Positions 26,058 to 34,061 of a DNA stretch of 34,142 nucleotides are shown here, one piece after another. The stretch spans positions 1 through 34,142 of the forward strand of contig OMUM01000185.1 in NCBI GenBank assembly GCA_900314225.1, given 5' to 3'. This stretch comes from an uncultured bacterium (lineage in GTDB: Bacteria; Bacillota_I; Bacilli_A; RF39; UBA660). A model generated the notes under the pieces. That model was not told where the DNA came from. It saw only the letters and a list, made by a program, of their open reading frames with translations, and did not search any database. Position numbers and translations under genes: made by a program. How positions within the stretch are numbered: the first letter of the stretch is position 1; each line of letters begins with the position of its first letter.

Positions 26058-28397
26058 ATGAAATTAAAATTGAGGATAGATTCAGATGATTTATTAATTT
26101 TTATTGTATTCGCAATCTTTTTACTTTATATAGTTGCTATTGGTGTAGTTAATGTTCATTCGTTTGCTACACAAGGAGTTTTATCAGGATTAAATCCTTT
26201 TCCAGCATTTGCTCCCGAAACTATTTTTTCAACATTTGTAGTTTATTTTGTTTGCATTTTAATTCTATTATTAAGTGTAAGCTCTTATATTTTTGATAGA
26301 GATAAAGGTTTTGGAATAACTACTGATAAAAAGGATAAAGGATATTCTAGATGGGCCAAAGATAAGGAAATGAAAGAAGAATTGGAATGTGTAAAAATTA
26401 CCCAAAAAAATTCAAAAGCTGCTGGGATCCCTCTTATTTTGAATGATGAAGAAATGTGGGTTGATAATGGTGAATACCATTCTCTAGTAATTGGTGCTAC
26501 TGGATCAGGTAAAACACAAACCGTAGTCTTACCAATGATTTATAGTTTAGCTAAAGCACGCGAATCTATGATTATTACCGATCCAAAAGGTGAACTTTAT
26601 GAAAAGACAAGTAATATGCTTAGATCTCGTGGTTATCAAATATTACTTTTAAATTTTCGTGATCCACAAAGTGGTAATGCCTGGAATCCAATGACATTAC
26701 CATATCAAATGTATAAAAATGGAAATCAAGATAAGGCTATAGAGTTACTAGATGATTTGGCTATGAATATACTATATGATCCTTCAAATAAAAACGCTGA
26801 TCCATTCTGGGAAAAAACTTCAGCAGATTATTTTGCCGGTGTTTCACTTGGTTTATTTGAAGATGCTAAACCAGATGAAATAAATATTAATAGTGTTAAT
26901 CTTGTAACAACTGTCGGTGAAGAAAAGTTTGGTGGTTCTACTTATATAAAAGAATATTTTAATGCTAAGGATCCAGCCAGTCCAGCAGCAGTTGATGCAT
27001 CAAGTACAATCATGGCTCCAAACGAAACAAAGGGTAGTATTTTATCAGTATTTAAGCAAAAGGTTAAGTTATTTGCATCACGTGAAAACTTATCAGAAAT
27101 GCTTTCACATAGTGATATTAATTTGGAGTCTATTGGTGAGAGACCAACTGCTGTGTTTATTGTTATCCAAGATGAAAAAAAGACATATCATGCCTTAGTT
27201 ACAATCTTATTAAAGCAAATATATGAAACTTTAATCGCAACTGCACAAAGACATGGTGGACAACTACCAGTAAGAACAAATTTCTTGCTTGATGAATTTG
27301 CTAATATGCCACCATTAAAAGATGTCACAACAATGATTACCGCTGCTCGTTCTAGAAAAATTAGATTTACAATGATAATTCAAAACTTTGCTCAATTAGA
27401 TGATGTATATGGTAAAGAAGAAGCAGAAACTATCAGAGGTAACTGTGGTAACATTATTTACTTAATTACAACAGAACTAAAAGCTCTAGAAGAAATATCA
27501 AAAATGTGTGGTGAAGTAAAGTCTAAAAAGGATGACAAAACAGCTTCAACTCCACTTGTAACAGTTTCAGACTTACAAAGAATGAAACAATTTGAAGTAA
27601 TAATTTTACGTATGCGTAAACAACCATTTAAAACTAAATTTACTCCATTTTTCAAGTTAAATTGGGGAAGAAAATATCCAGTTGCTAAATATCCATTAAG
27701 AAAAAAACAAGAAGTACATACTTTTGATATAAAGACATTTGTTAAAGAACAAAAGAAGAAAAAATTACTTGAAATGATGAATGCAGCTGACGAAGAGGAT
27801 AAAATAAATCAATCTTTACCTGGAAATAGGGAAAATCAGATGCATAATGCACTCCCTCCAGAGTTACAAGCAATTCGTAATAATAGAAATAATAATAATA
27901 ATAGTGTTCCTGAATTTTTTTCAAATAAAAATAATTCTAGTAATAAAGATATTCCTGATTTTGAAACATTTAAAAGGCAAATGGAACAAAGCAATCCTTT
28001 TGAACCAAAAATAAATAATAATAATTTTGCAACAACACCAGTCAGTCAGACAGCACTTACTGAAAACGATAATGATGACGATATAGATTTTGATGTAGAT
28101 GAATTAGTTAAGAAGATAGATGCAAAAATTGCCGAACTTGAAGCTGAAGAGAAGAAAGAAGCAGAAGAAAAAAAGCAACAAGAACAAGCTACTTCAACTA
28201 CAGCCCCAACTACTGTTGCAACAACACCTATTAATAGTATTAATTCTATTTATAATACTTCAGAAAACCAACAGGTATCTAATAAAAATATTCCTGATGT
28301 TTCTAGTAAACAGGCAGAATCTAGTCCTCAAACATCAGATCTAAACTTGGATGATGATGACGATGATGATTTCTTTGATGATTTTTTTGATAGTTAG
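26058..28397 (+). CDS. virD4: VirD4/TraG-family type IV coupling protein with a long low-complexity acidic C-terminal tail
   Basis: AAGGGAG ribosome-binding site and two N-terminal TM helices. Walker A is VIGATGSGKTQTVVLP and Walker B is NFLLDEFANMPPL. The segment RSRKIRFTMIIQNFAQL is present. The last 210 aa or so are N/E/D-rich and end DDDDDDDFFDDFFDS. Confidence 0.88.
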   Translation: MKLKLRIDSDDLLIFIVFAIFLLYIVAIGVVNVHSFATQGVLSGLNPFPAFAPETIFSTFVVYFVCILILLLSVSSYIFDRDKGFGITTDKKDKGYSRWAKDKEMKEELECVKITQKNSKAAGIPLILNDEEMWVDNGEYHSLVIGATGSGKTQTVVLPMIYSLAKARESMIITDPKGELYEKTSNMLRSRGYQILLLNFRDPQSGNAWNPMTLPYQMYKNGNQDKAIELLDDLAMNILYDPSNKNADPFWEKTSADYFAGVSLGLFEDAKPDEININSVNLVTTVGEEKFGGSTYIKEYFNAKDPASPAAVDASSTIMAPNETKGSILSVFKQKVKLFASRENLSEMLSHSDINLESIGERPTAVFIVIQDEKKTYHALVTILLKQIYETLIATAQRHGGQLPVRTNFLLDEFANMPPLKDVTTMITAARSRKIRFTMIIQNFAQLDDVYGKEEAETIRGNCGNIIYLITTELKALEEISKMCGEVKSKKDDKTASTPLVTVSDLQRMKQFEVIILRMRKQPFKTKFTPFFKLNWGRKYPVAKYPLRKKQEVHTFDIKTFVKEQKKKKLLEMMNAADEEDKINQSLPGNRENQMHNALPPELQAIRNNRNNNNNSVPEFFSNKNNSSNKDIPDFETFKRQMEQSNPFEPKINNNNFATTPVSQTALTENDNDDDIDFDVDELVKKIDAKIAELEAEEKKEAEEKKQQEQATSTTAPTTVATTPINSINSIYNTSENQQVSNKNIPDVSSKQAESSPQTSDLNLDDDDDDDFFDDFFDS

Positions 28398-28411
28398 AAA
28401 GGAGGAATAAT

Positions 28412-29647
28412 ATGAATACAAATTTTAATATCGTAAAAAAGCCTAAAAAAGATGATGACATTGAACTTGAAGAAGATGAAGAGGAAGAAGAAATAGAAGA
28501 AGATTCTGACTCAAATACAAAAGCAAAATCTAATTCAATGGATGATTTAAAAAAAAGAATGTTCTTATTAATGGGAATTATTATTGGAGGAACTATTCTT
28601 CTATTAATTATCCTTTACATAGCTTCTTTAGCAACACCAAAAACTTACAGCTATGAGACCATTGAAAACATTATGACTACAGCTGCTAAATCATATTTTA
28701 AAGATAATTCTACATATTTACCAAAAGAAGATGGTGATGTCGTAGAAGTTGATGTTACCAATTTAGTTGCTGGTGGATATATGAAGGATTTAAGTGAATA
28801 TACTAAAGAGGGAGTATCATGTAGTGGTACTGTTCAAGTAGGAAAATCTGGTTCTGAATATTCATATACACCTACATTAAATTGTGGAGAAGCATATTCA
28901 ACTACAAAATTATATGAAAAAATAATTAATGATGATAATATTGTTACATCTGGATATGGCTTATATTCTAGAAATGGTTCATATGTTTATCGAGGAGAAG
29001 AAGTTGATAATTATGTTCAATTAGATAATTCATTATGGAGAATTGTTAAAGTAACTTCAAATAAAAATATTGTCCTTATCAGCGAAGGTCTACAAAGTGG
29101 ACAACCATGGGATGATAGATATAATGAAACTAGTAGTTATGCTGCAGGTATTAATACATATAGTGCAAGTAGAATTAAAGAATATTTAGATAAAATTTAT
29201 AAGAATCCATCAGAAAAAGATAATGAAAAAATTTTATCAAAAGGAGATAAAGCCAATTTAGTATCATATAATATTTGTACTGGTAAAAAGCCTGAAACAT
29301 CTAGTGCCTTTGATAATGTTGAAGAGTGTTCAGATCACTTAAATAATCAAAAATTAGGACTACTTACAGTCTCTGATTACGTTTATGCTAGTATTGATCC
29401 AAATTGTAAAACAATTACCAGCAAGACTTGTCAAAACTATAATTACTTAGATATAAATAAAGCTTGGTGGTTAGTAACAGCAAATTCTGCTAATACTGTA
29501 TCCGTTTACAAAGTTGATAATAGTGGTAATGTTAAATCAAGTGAAGCTAATACTTACGCTATAGTTAGACCAGTTATTTACTTAGATAGTAAAGTTTTAT
29601 ATAAGAGTGGTAATGGTACAGAACAAAAGCCATACAAAATTAGATAG
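28412..29647 (+). CDS. N-terminally anchored surface protein, paralog of 5100-6911 (acidic cytoplasmic N-tail, Cys-pair domain, W-W-L...VRP module)
   Basis: AAGGAGG ribosome-binding site and acidic N-terminus DDDIELEEDEEEEEIEEDSD. The TM is MFLLMGIIIGGTILLLIILYIA. It shares with 5100-6911 the pattern AA--YF--NS--LP...C...V-V-K...L-CG, and its end AWWLVTANS...AIVRPVIYL...GNGTEQKPYKIR is also related. Confidence 0.7.
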   Translation: MNTNFNIVKKPKKDDDIELEEDEEEEEIEEDSDSNTKAKSNSMDDLKKRMFLLMGIIIGGTILLLIILYIASLATPKTYSYETIENIMTTAAKSYFKDNSTYLPKEDGDVVEVDVTNLVAGGYMKDLSEYTKEGVSCSGTVQVGKSGSEYSYTPTLNCGEAYSTTKLYEKIINDDNIVTSGYGLYSRNGSYVYRGEEVDNYVQLDNSLWRIVKVTSNKNIVLISEGLQSGQPWDDRYNETSSYAAGINTYSASRIKEYLDKIYKNPSEKDNEKILSKGDKANLVSYNICTGKKPETSSAFDNVEECSDHLNNQKLGLLTVSDYVYASIDPNCKTITSKTCQNYNYLDINKAWWLVTANSANTVSVYKVDNSGNVKSSEANTYAIVRPVIYLDSKVLYKSGNGTEQKPYKIR

Positions 29648-29677
29648 GAATCTATAATTAAATAGATTCTTTTTTTT
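29648..29677 (+). terminator. rho-independent terminator closing the locus
   Basis: gaatctat (29648-29655) pairs with atagattc (29662-29669) around a 6-nt loop, followed by T8 (29670-29677). Confidence 0.75.
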
Positions 29678-29701
29678 GCATTTAATATTATAGGTGATTA
29701 A

Positions 29702-29986
29702 ATGAAAAATATTAATATTAATAGTTTATTATTGATAAATAATCCTAAGATAATTGATATTAGAAGTAATTATAATTTTATAAATGGACATATACCAGGA
29801 TCAATTAATATAACTAGTTCTGAATTATTAAATAATTATAAAAAATATTTAAATAAAAATGAAACTTATTATATATATTGTCAATCTGGCAGTAGAAGTA
29901 AATTAATTGTCAATGAATTAAGTAAACTAGGGTTTAAGGTAATAAATATTAATGGTGGCTATAATGCTTACTTGTTTAGATATTAA
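29702..29986 (+). CDS. single-domain rhodanese-like sulfurtransferase
   Basis: AGGTGA ribosome-binding site, 94 aa, active-site loop YYIYCQSGSRS (C-x4-R) and the C-terminal motif INGGYNAY. Confidence 0.85.
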   Translation: MKNININSLLLINNPKIIDIRSNYNFINGHIPGSINITSSELLNNYKKYLNKNETYYIYCQSGSRSKLIVNELSKLGFKVININGGYNAYLFRY

Positions 29987-30024
29987 ATTTATAATATAAT
30001 TATTCATAGAATAGAAGGTGTATT

Positions 30025-31095
30025 ATGGATTATATAATTATAGGATTACTTGTAGTTATACTTATTTTAGTAGTTATTTCTTTATTTAAAAATATAAATG
30101 AAGCTAATATTACTGAAAGATTAAGTAAATTAGAAATTAATATGATGAAAGAAATGGGAAATTTCAAAAGTGATCTAAGCCATTCACTTAATGATGATTT
30201 TTCTAAATTAAATGATGGAGTAGAGAGAAGATTAATTTTAATAAATGAAAAAGTAAATGAAAGACTTGATCAAAATTTTGAAAAAACTAATAAAACATTT
30301 CAAAATGTTATTGAAAGACTAAGTAAAATAGATGAAGCTCAAAAGAAAATTGAAAGTCTATCTGGAGATATAGTAAGTCTTCAAAGTATTTTAACTGATA
30401 AAAAGACTAGAGGTATTTATGGAGAAGTAAATTTAAAACAAATATTATCATCTGTATTTGGAGAAAATAATAATAGTATATATCAATTACAATATACTTT
30501 TCCAACCGGCGTAATAGCAGATTGTGTATTATTTGCTCCAGATCCTTTAGGAACTATTTGTATTGATTCAAAGTTTCCACTAGAACATTATCAAGAAATG
30601 GTTGATAAAAATAACTCTAAAGAACTAAGAGAAAAATATGAAAAATTGTTTAGATTAGATATGAAAAAACATATTGATGCAATTGCTGATAAATATATTA
30701 TTCCAGGAATTACTTCAAATCAGGCTATTTTATTCTTACCAGCAGAAGCTATTTTTGCTGAAGTTAATGCCTATCACTCTGATATTATTAATTATTCTTA
30801 TCGAAAAAAAGTTTGGATTACAAGTCCAACTACCTTAATTTCTACATTAACAGTTATTCAAATGATAATAAAAAATATTGAAAGAGATAAGTACACCAGA
30901 GTAATACATGAAGAATTAAATAAATTAGGTTTAGAATTCTCTAGATATAAAGAACGTTGGGATAAACTCGCAAGAAGTATTCAAACAGTAAATAAAGACG
31001 TAGAAAATGTTTCTATAACTACTGATAAAATTACAAAGAAATTTGAAAATATCAATAAAGTAAACTTAAAAGAATTAGAAAATAAAGACTCATAA
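30025..31095 (+). CDS. rmuC: DNA recombination protein RmuC
   Basis: N-terminal TM, long coiled coil, then the RmuC core TRGIYGEVNLKQIL ... DCVLFAPDPLGTICIDSKFPLEHY ... LFLPAEAIFAEV. Confidence 0.9.
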   Translation: MDYIIIGLLVVILILVVISLFKNINEANITERLSKLEINMMKEMGNFKSDLSHSLNDDFSKLNDGVERRLILINEKVNERLDQNFEKTNKTFQNVIERLSKIDEAQKKIESLSGDIVSLQSILTDKKTRGIYGEVNLKQILSSVFGENNNSIYQLQYTFPTGVIADCVLFAPDPLGTICIDSKFPLEHYQEMVDKNNSKELREKYEKLFRLDMKKHIDAIADKYIIPGITSNQAILFLPAEAIFAEVNAYHSDIINYSYRKKVWITSPTTLISTLTVIQMIIKNIERDKYTRVIHEELNKLGLEFSRYKERWDKLARSIQTVNKDVENVSITTDKITKKFENINKVNLKELENKDS

Positions 31096-31110
31096 TTTTG
31101 AGTCTTTTTA
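31084..31110 (+). terminator. rho-independent terminator of rmuC
   Basis: aaagactca (31084-31092) pairs with tgagtcttt (31099-31107), followed by a T-run. The stop codon lies in the loop. Confidence 0.7.
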
Positions 31111-31122
31111 ATATTATTTATT

Positions 31123-31317
31123 ATGAAAAAAATTATTCTCTATATAATTAGTATAATATTAATGAGTATAGGTATTACCTTTATCGCAATATATTTAAAC
31201 TTGTTTGCATTTGAATATAATATATTAGAATATTTACAATTTATTTTTACAAATTATTATTGCTTACTATTTATATTAGGTTTTATTCTATTAAATATCT
31301 TATTAATAAAAAAATAG
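31123..31317 (+). CDS. small hydrophobic ORF (64 aa, two predicted TM helices); doubtful gene
   Basis: The ORF has two hydrophobic helices but no convincing ribosome-binding site. Confidence 0.3.
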   Translation: MKKIILYIISIILMSIGITFIAIYLNLFAFEYNILEYLQFIFTNYYCLLFILGFILLNILLIKK

Positions 31318-31335
31318 ATTAATTAATAATCTATT
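31311..31335. terminator. possible bidirectional hairpin between convergent genes
   Basis: aaatagatta (31311-31320) pairs with taatctattt (31326-31335). An A-run lies upstream and a T-rich stretch downstream. The stem is A/T-rich. Confidence 0.35.
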
Positions 31336-32327
31336 TTCATTGCTTTTTTAACATCATTCATGACATTTTTTGCTTTTTCTTGTGCCTTTTTTGTCCCACT
31401 ATTTAAAATTTCTTCAACTAATTCAGGATTTTCCTCATATTTTTTTCTTCTATCTTGAATAGGCTTTAAGAAATTATTCATCGCCACTATTAACTCTTTT
31501 TTACACTGAACACAGCCACGACAACCTTTACGGCATTCTTCTTCAACAATTTTTGTATTTTCATAACTATTTATTAATTTATGATAATAATGAACCATGC
31601 AAACATCTGGGTTAGCCGGATCATCTTTTTTAATCTTATTTTTATCAGTTAATGCACCCATAACTTTCTTTTTTATAGTATCTTCATCATCAACTAAATA
31701 TATAGCATTACCTAAACTTTTACCCATTTTTTCATTTCCATCAAGTCCTTTAATTCTTTTATTTTCAGATAAATATGGAACTGGTTCTAATAAAGTTTCT
31801 CCATAAATTGAATTAAATTTTCTCACAATTTCTCTACATTGTTCAATCAAAGGTAATTGATCTTCTCCAACTGGAACAAGTTCACCCTTAAAAGCCGTAA
31901 TATCTGCAGCTTGTGACACAGGATATCCCAAAAAGCCATAAGTAATACTTTCTCCAGAATTACCAAATAACTCTTTTTTTTGAGCAATTTCATTCTTTAC
32001 TGTTGGATTTCTTTGAAGTCTCGCAACAGTAACTAAATTTCCATAATAAACAGTTAGTTCAGCAATTTCAGGTATCTTAGATTGAATAAAAAAATTAACT
32101 TTATTTGGGTCGAGTCCAATCGCAAGTAAATCTTTAGTTATTTCATAAACATTTACTCTAACTTTCTCTGGATTATTAAAATTATCAGTCAAAGCCTGTA
32201 CATCAGCAATCTCTAAATAGAATTCATAATCATCTTGTAATTTCAAATAATTTTGACAAGCTCCAAAATAATGACCTAAATGTAGGTTACCAGTTGGTCT
32301 AAGTCCTGTTAATATAGTTTTTTTCAT
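31323..32327 (-). CDS. trpS: tryptophan--tRNA ligase (with a C-terminal Cys cluster)
   Basis: AGGAAGTGA ribosome-binding site. The HIGH-type motif is TGNLHLGHYFG and the KMSKS-type motif is KMGKSLGN. The 334-aa length is typical of bacterial TrpRS. Confidence 0.93.
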   Translation of the reverse strand: MKKTILTGLRPTGNLHLGHYFGACQNYLKLQDDYEFYLEIADVQALTDNFNNPEKVRVNVYEITKDLLAIGLDPNKVNFFIQSKIPEIAELTVYYGNLVTVARLQRNPTVKNEIAQKKELFGNSGESITYGFLGYPVSQAADITAFKGELVPVGEDQLPLIEQCREIVRKFNSIYGETLLEPVPYLSENKRIKGLDGNEKMGKSLGNAIYLVDDEDTIKKKVMGALTDKNKIKKDDPANPDVCMVHYYHKLINSYENTKIVEEECRKGCRGCVQCKKELIVAMNNFLKPIQDRRKKYEENPELVEEILNSGTKKAQEKAKNVMNDVKKAMKIDY

Positions 32328-32429
32328 AATTTCACTTCCTGCTAACTATTTTAACATATATTATTTATTGATTCTACTTTTTATTCAAGAGTTTTTATAA
32401 TATAATATATCAACATAAGAGGTAGTATA

Positions 32430-33350
32430 ATGGAAAAAAATATTGGATTTAATGATAAATATAAATTTGGTATTGAAATTGAGTTTGCTAATGATGAAAA
32501 AATTTTGGATGAAATATATTATGATTCTTTAAAATATTTCATTCCAATTAAGTTTCAAATTAATCATAAATTATACCTAAATTTTTTTAATAGATGGATA
32601 TTAGATCATGATCTATCTGTTAGTAAAAACATAAATGGTAAGTATTATGGTGGAGAAGTTTCAAGCAGAATACTTACTGATGACATTGAAAGTTGGAAAG
32701 AATTAAAGAAGATATGTAAACTATTAAAAAGTAATAACTCATATATAGATACGCATTGTGGTGGACATATTAATATAGATATTTCTAGTTATTTAAATAA
32801 TCCAAAATTCTTTGAAGTTTTATATAAAACAATAATTGTTTATGAAGATGAAATTAGTAAGTTTTATATGGGTGATATGTATAAGATTAGAGACTCTAAA
32901 GAAAAGTATGCTAAATCAATGAAAGACAGATTATTTAATAATATTAACAAAGTAAATTTTTATAATAAAGATTTTATTGAGAATATTCGAGAAAATAGCC
33001 TTTCTTTTCGTATTGAAGATGGAATAAACTTTTTTAAATTATATAAAAGCAGTCTAATGGAAATTAGATATCCTAATAGTTCACTTAATCCAAATATTAT
33101 ACAAAATAATATTAATTTTTCTCTAAGTCTTATATCTGCTATTGGAGAAGATAAAATTGATTTAGATTTCCTAAATTACCTAATAAAAGCGGCTAAAAAA
33201 AATAAAGAAATATTTTATAATGATTTTAATAATTACTTTGAAAAAAATAAAAAATTTGATTATTTAATTAATCAAATTAGTTTAAATGAAAATTCTAAAA
33301 ATAATTTTAATAGCCAGTATCAAAAAGTCTTAAAAAAGACCAGTTATTAA
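32430..33350 (+). CDS. amidoligase-family protein (glutamine-synthetase-like fold, 'putative amidoligase enzyme' family)
   Basis: AAGAGGT ribosome-binding site. The ordered motifs are FGIEIEF, DHDLSV, GGEVSSRIL, HCGGHINID and MEIRYPNSSL. These match the G-x-E-x-E-F / D-x-S / E-x-x-S / C-G-x-H-x-H / E-x-R pattern of that family. Confidence 0.6.
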   Translation: MEKNIGFNDKYKFGIEIEFANDEKILDEIYYDSLKYFIPIKFQINHKLYLNFFNRWILDHDLSVSKNINGKYYGGEVSSRILTDDIESWKELKKICKLLKSNNSYIDTHCGGHINIDISSYLNNPKFFEVLYKTIIVYEDEISKFYMGDMYKIRDSKEKYAKSMKDRLFNNINKVNFYNKDFIENIRENSLSFRIEDGINFFKLYKSSLMEIRYPNSSLNPNIIQNNINFSLSLISAIGEDKIDLDFLNYLIKAAKKNKEIFYNDFNNYFEKNKKFDYLINQISLNENSKNNFNSQYQKVLKKTSY

Positions 33351-33938
33351 ATCTAATAAAGAATTATGATTTAAAAAGTATATTCCAAATAATATTCCAC
33401 ATAATGCACCTAGTAGATGACCATCATGATACGTATTATCACGCTTTTTTGTAATTTTATCTTTTAATTCACTTATAACATAGAATATTAATATTAAAAG
33501 AACAGTTATTGGAATCTTCCCTTCACTAATATTCGCAAAAGAACTTAAAACTATTAACATATAAACATTACCACTAGCTCCACATATACTATATTTTGTA
33601 AATAATGAGTTATATACACCTATAACAAGAGAAGTAATTAGTAACATGATAAGTAAATTTATACTGCCATATTTTTCTTCTATCATAGGACCAACTAATA
33701 AAATATATAAAAAATTATGTACTAAATGATCCCAATTAGCATGACCTATACTATGTGTAATTAATCTTATATATGTTAAGGGACTTAAAAGAGATGATCT
33801 ATATGAAGAAAAAAAATATTCATTTGTTTTGCCTTTAGTTATAATATTTAAAAACCAAGCTAATAACGATAAAAACAAATAACTTATTATTACTACTGAA
33901 TTATAATCAAATTTTATATTATTAATATTAAATGTCAT
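33330..33938 (-). CDS. rhomboid-family intramembrane serine protease
   Basis: GGAAGG ribosome-binding site and six hydrophobic helices. Motifs are HANWDHLVHNFLYILLVGPMIEEKYG, the catalytic GASGNVY and the catalytic His in HDGHLLGALCGILFG. Confidence 0.85.
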   Translation of the reverse strand: MTFNINNIKFDYNSVVIISYLFLSLLAWFLNIITKGKTNEYFFSSYRSSLLSPLTYIRLITHSIGHANWDHLVHNFLYILLVGPMIEEKYGSINLLIMLLITSLVIGVYNSLFTKYSICGASGNVYMLIVLSSFANISEGKIPITVLLILIFYVISELKDKITKKRDNTYHDGHLLGALCGILFGIYFLNHNSLLDLITGLF

Positions 33939-34023
33939 TTTATACCTTCCATATACATATATTATTATACATTAAAGATATCTTATATGAAATATATAAT
34001 TTAATTTTGATTATTTTAAATTA

Positions 34024-34052
34024 TTGACAAATTTATTAAAATAGTATATCCT
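34024..34052 (+). promoter_or_regulatory. probable promoter of the T-box-controlled gene
   Basis: TTGACA (34024-34029), then a -10-like tatatc/tatcct at 34045-34052. The spacer is 15-17 nt depending on the register. Confidence 0.4.
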
Positions 34053-34061
34053 AAACAATGA

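Larger units (their letters stand above)
5001..29677 (+). other. composite Tad/Flp-pilus plus Gram-positive-type T4SS locus (22 co-directional ORFs)
   Basis: All ORFs from 5100 to 29647 are on the plus strand with short gaps or overlaps. The locus is bounded by promoter P1 (5001-5028) and a strong terminator (29648-29677), and flanked by housekeeping genes. Confidence 0.8.

Noticed and set aside
5001-29677. Interpreting the locus as a conventional ICE, prophage or plasmid insertion.
   Set aside because: No integrase, relaxase, Rep, excisionase or phage structural motifs are recognisable. There is no tRNA or other classic att target at either edge, and I found no flanking direct repeats by eye. 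Mobility cannot be excluded without comparative genomics, so this point is kept as a finding rather than a call.
32328-32429. A T-box or other riboswitch upstream of trpS.
   Set aside because: The divergent intergenic region is only about 100 nt and shows no AGAGA/GGUG stem I motifs or terminator/antiterminator pair.
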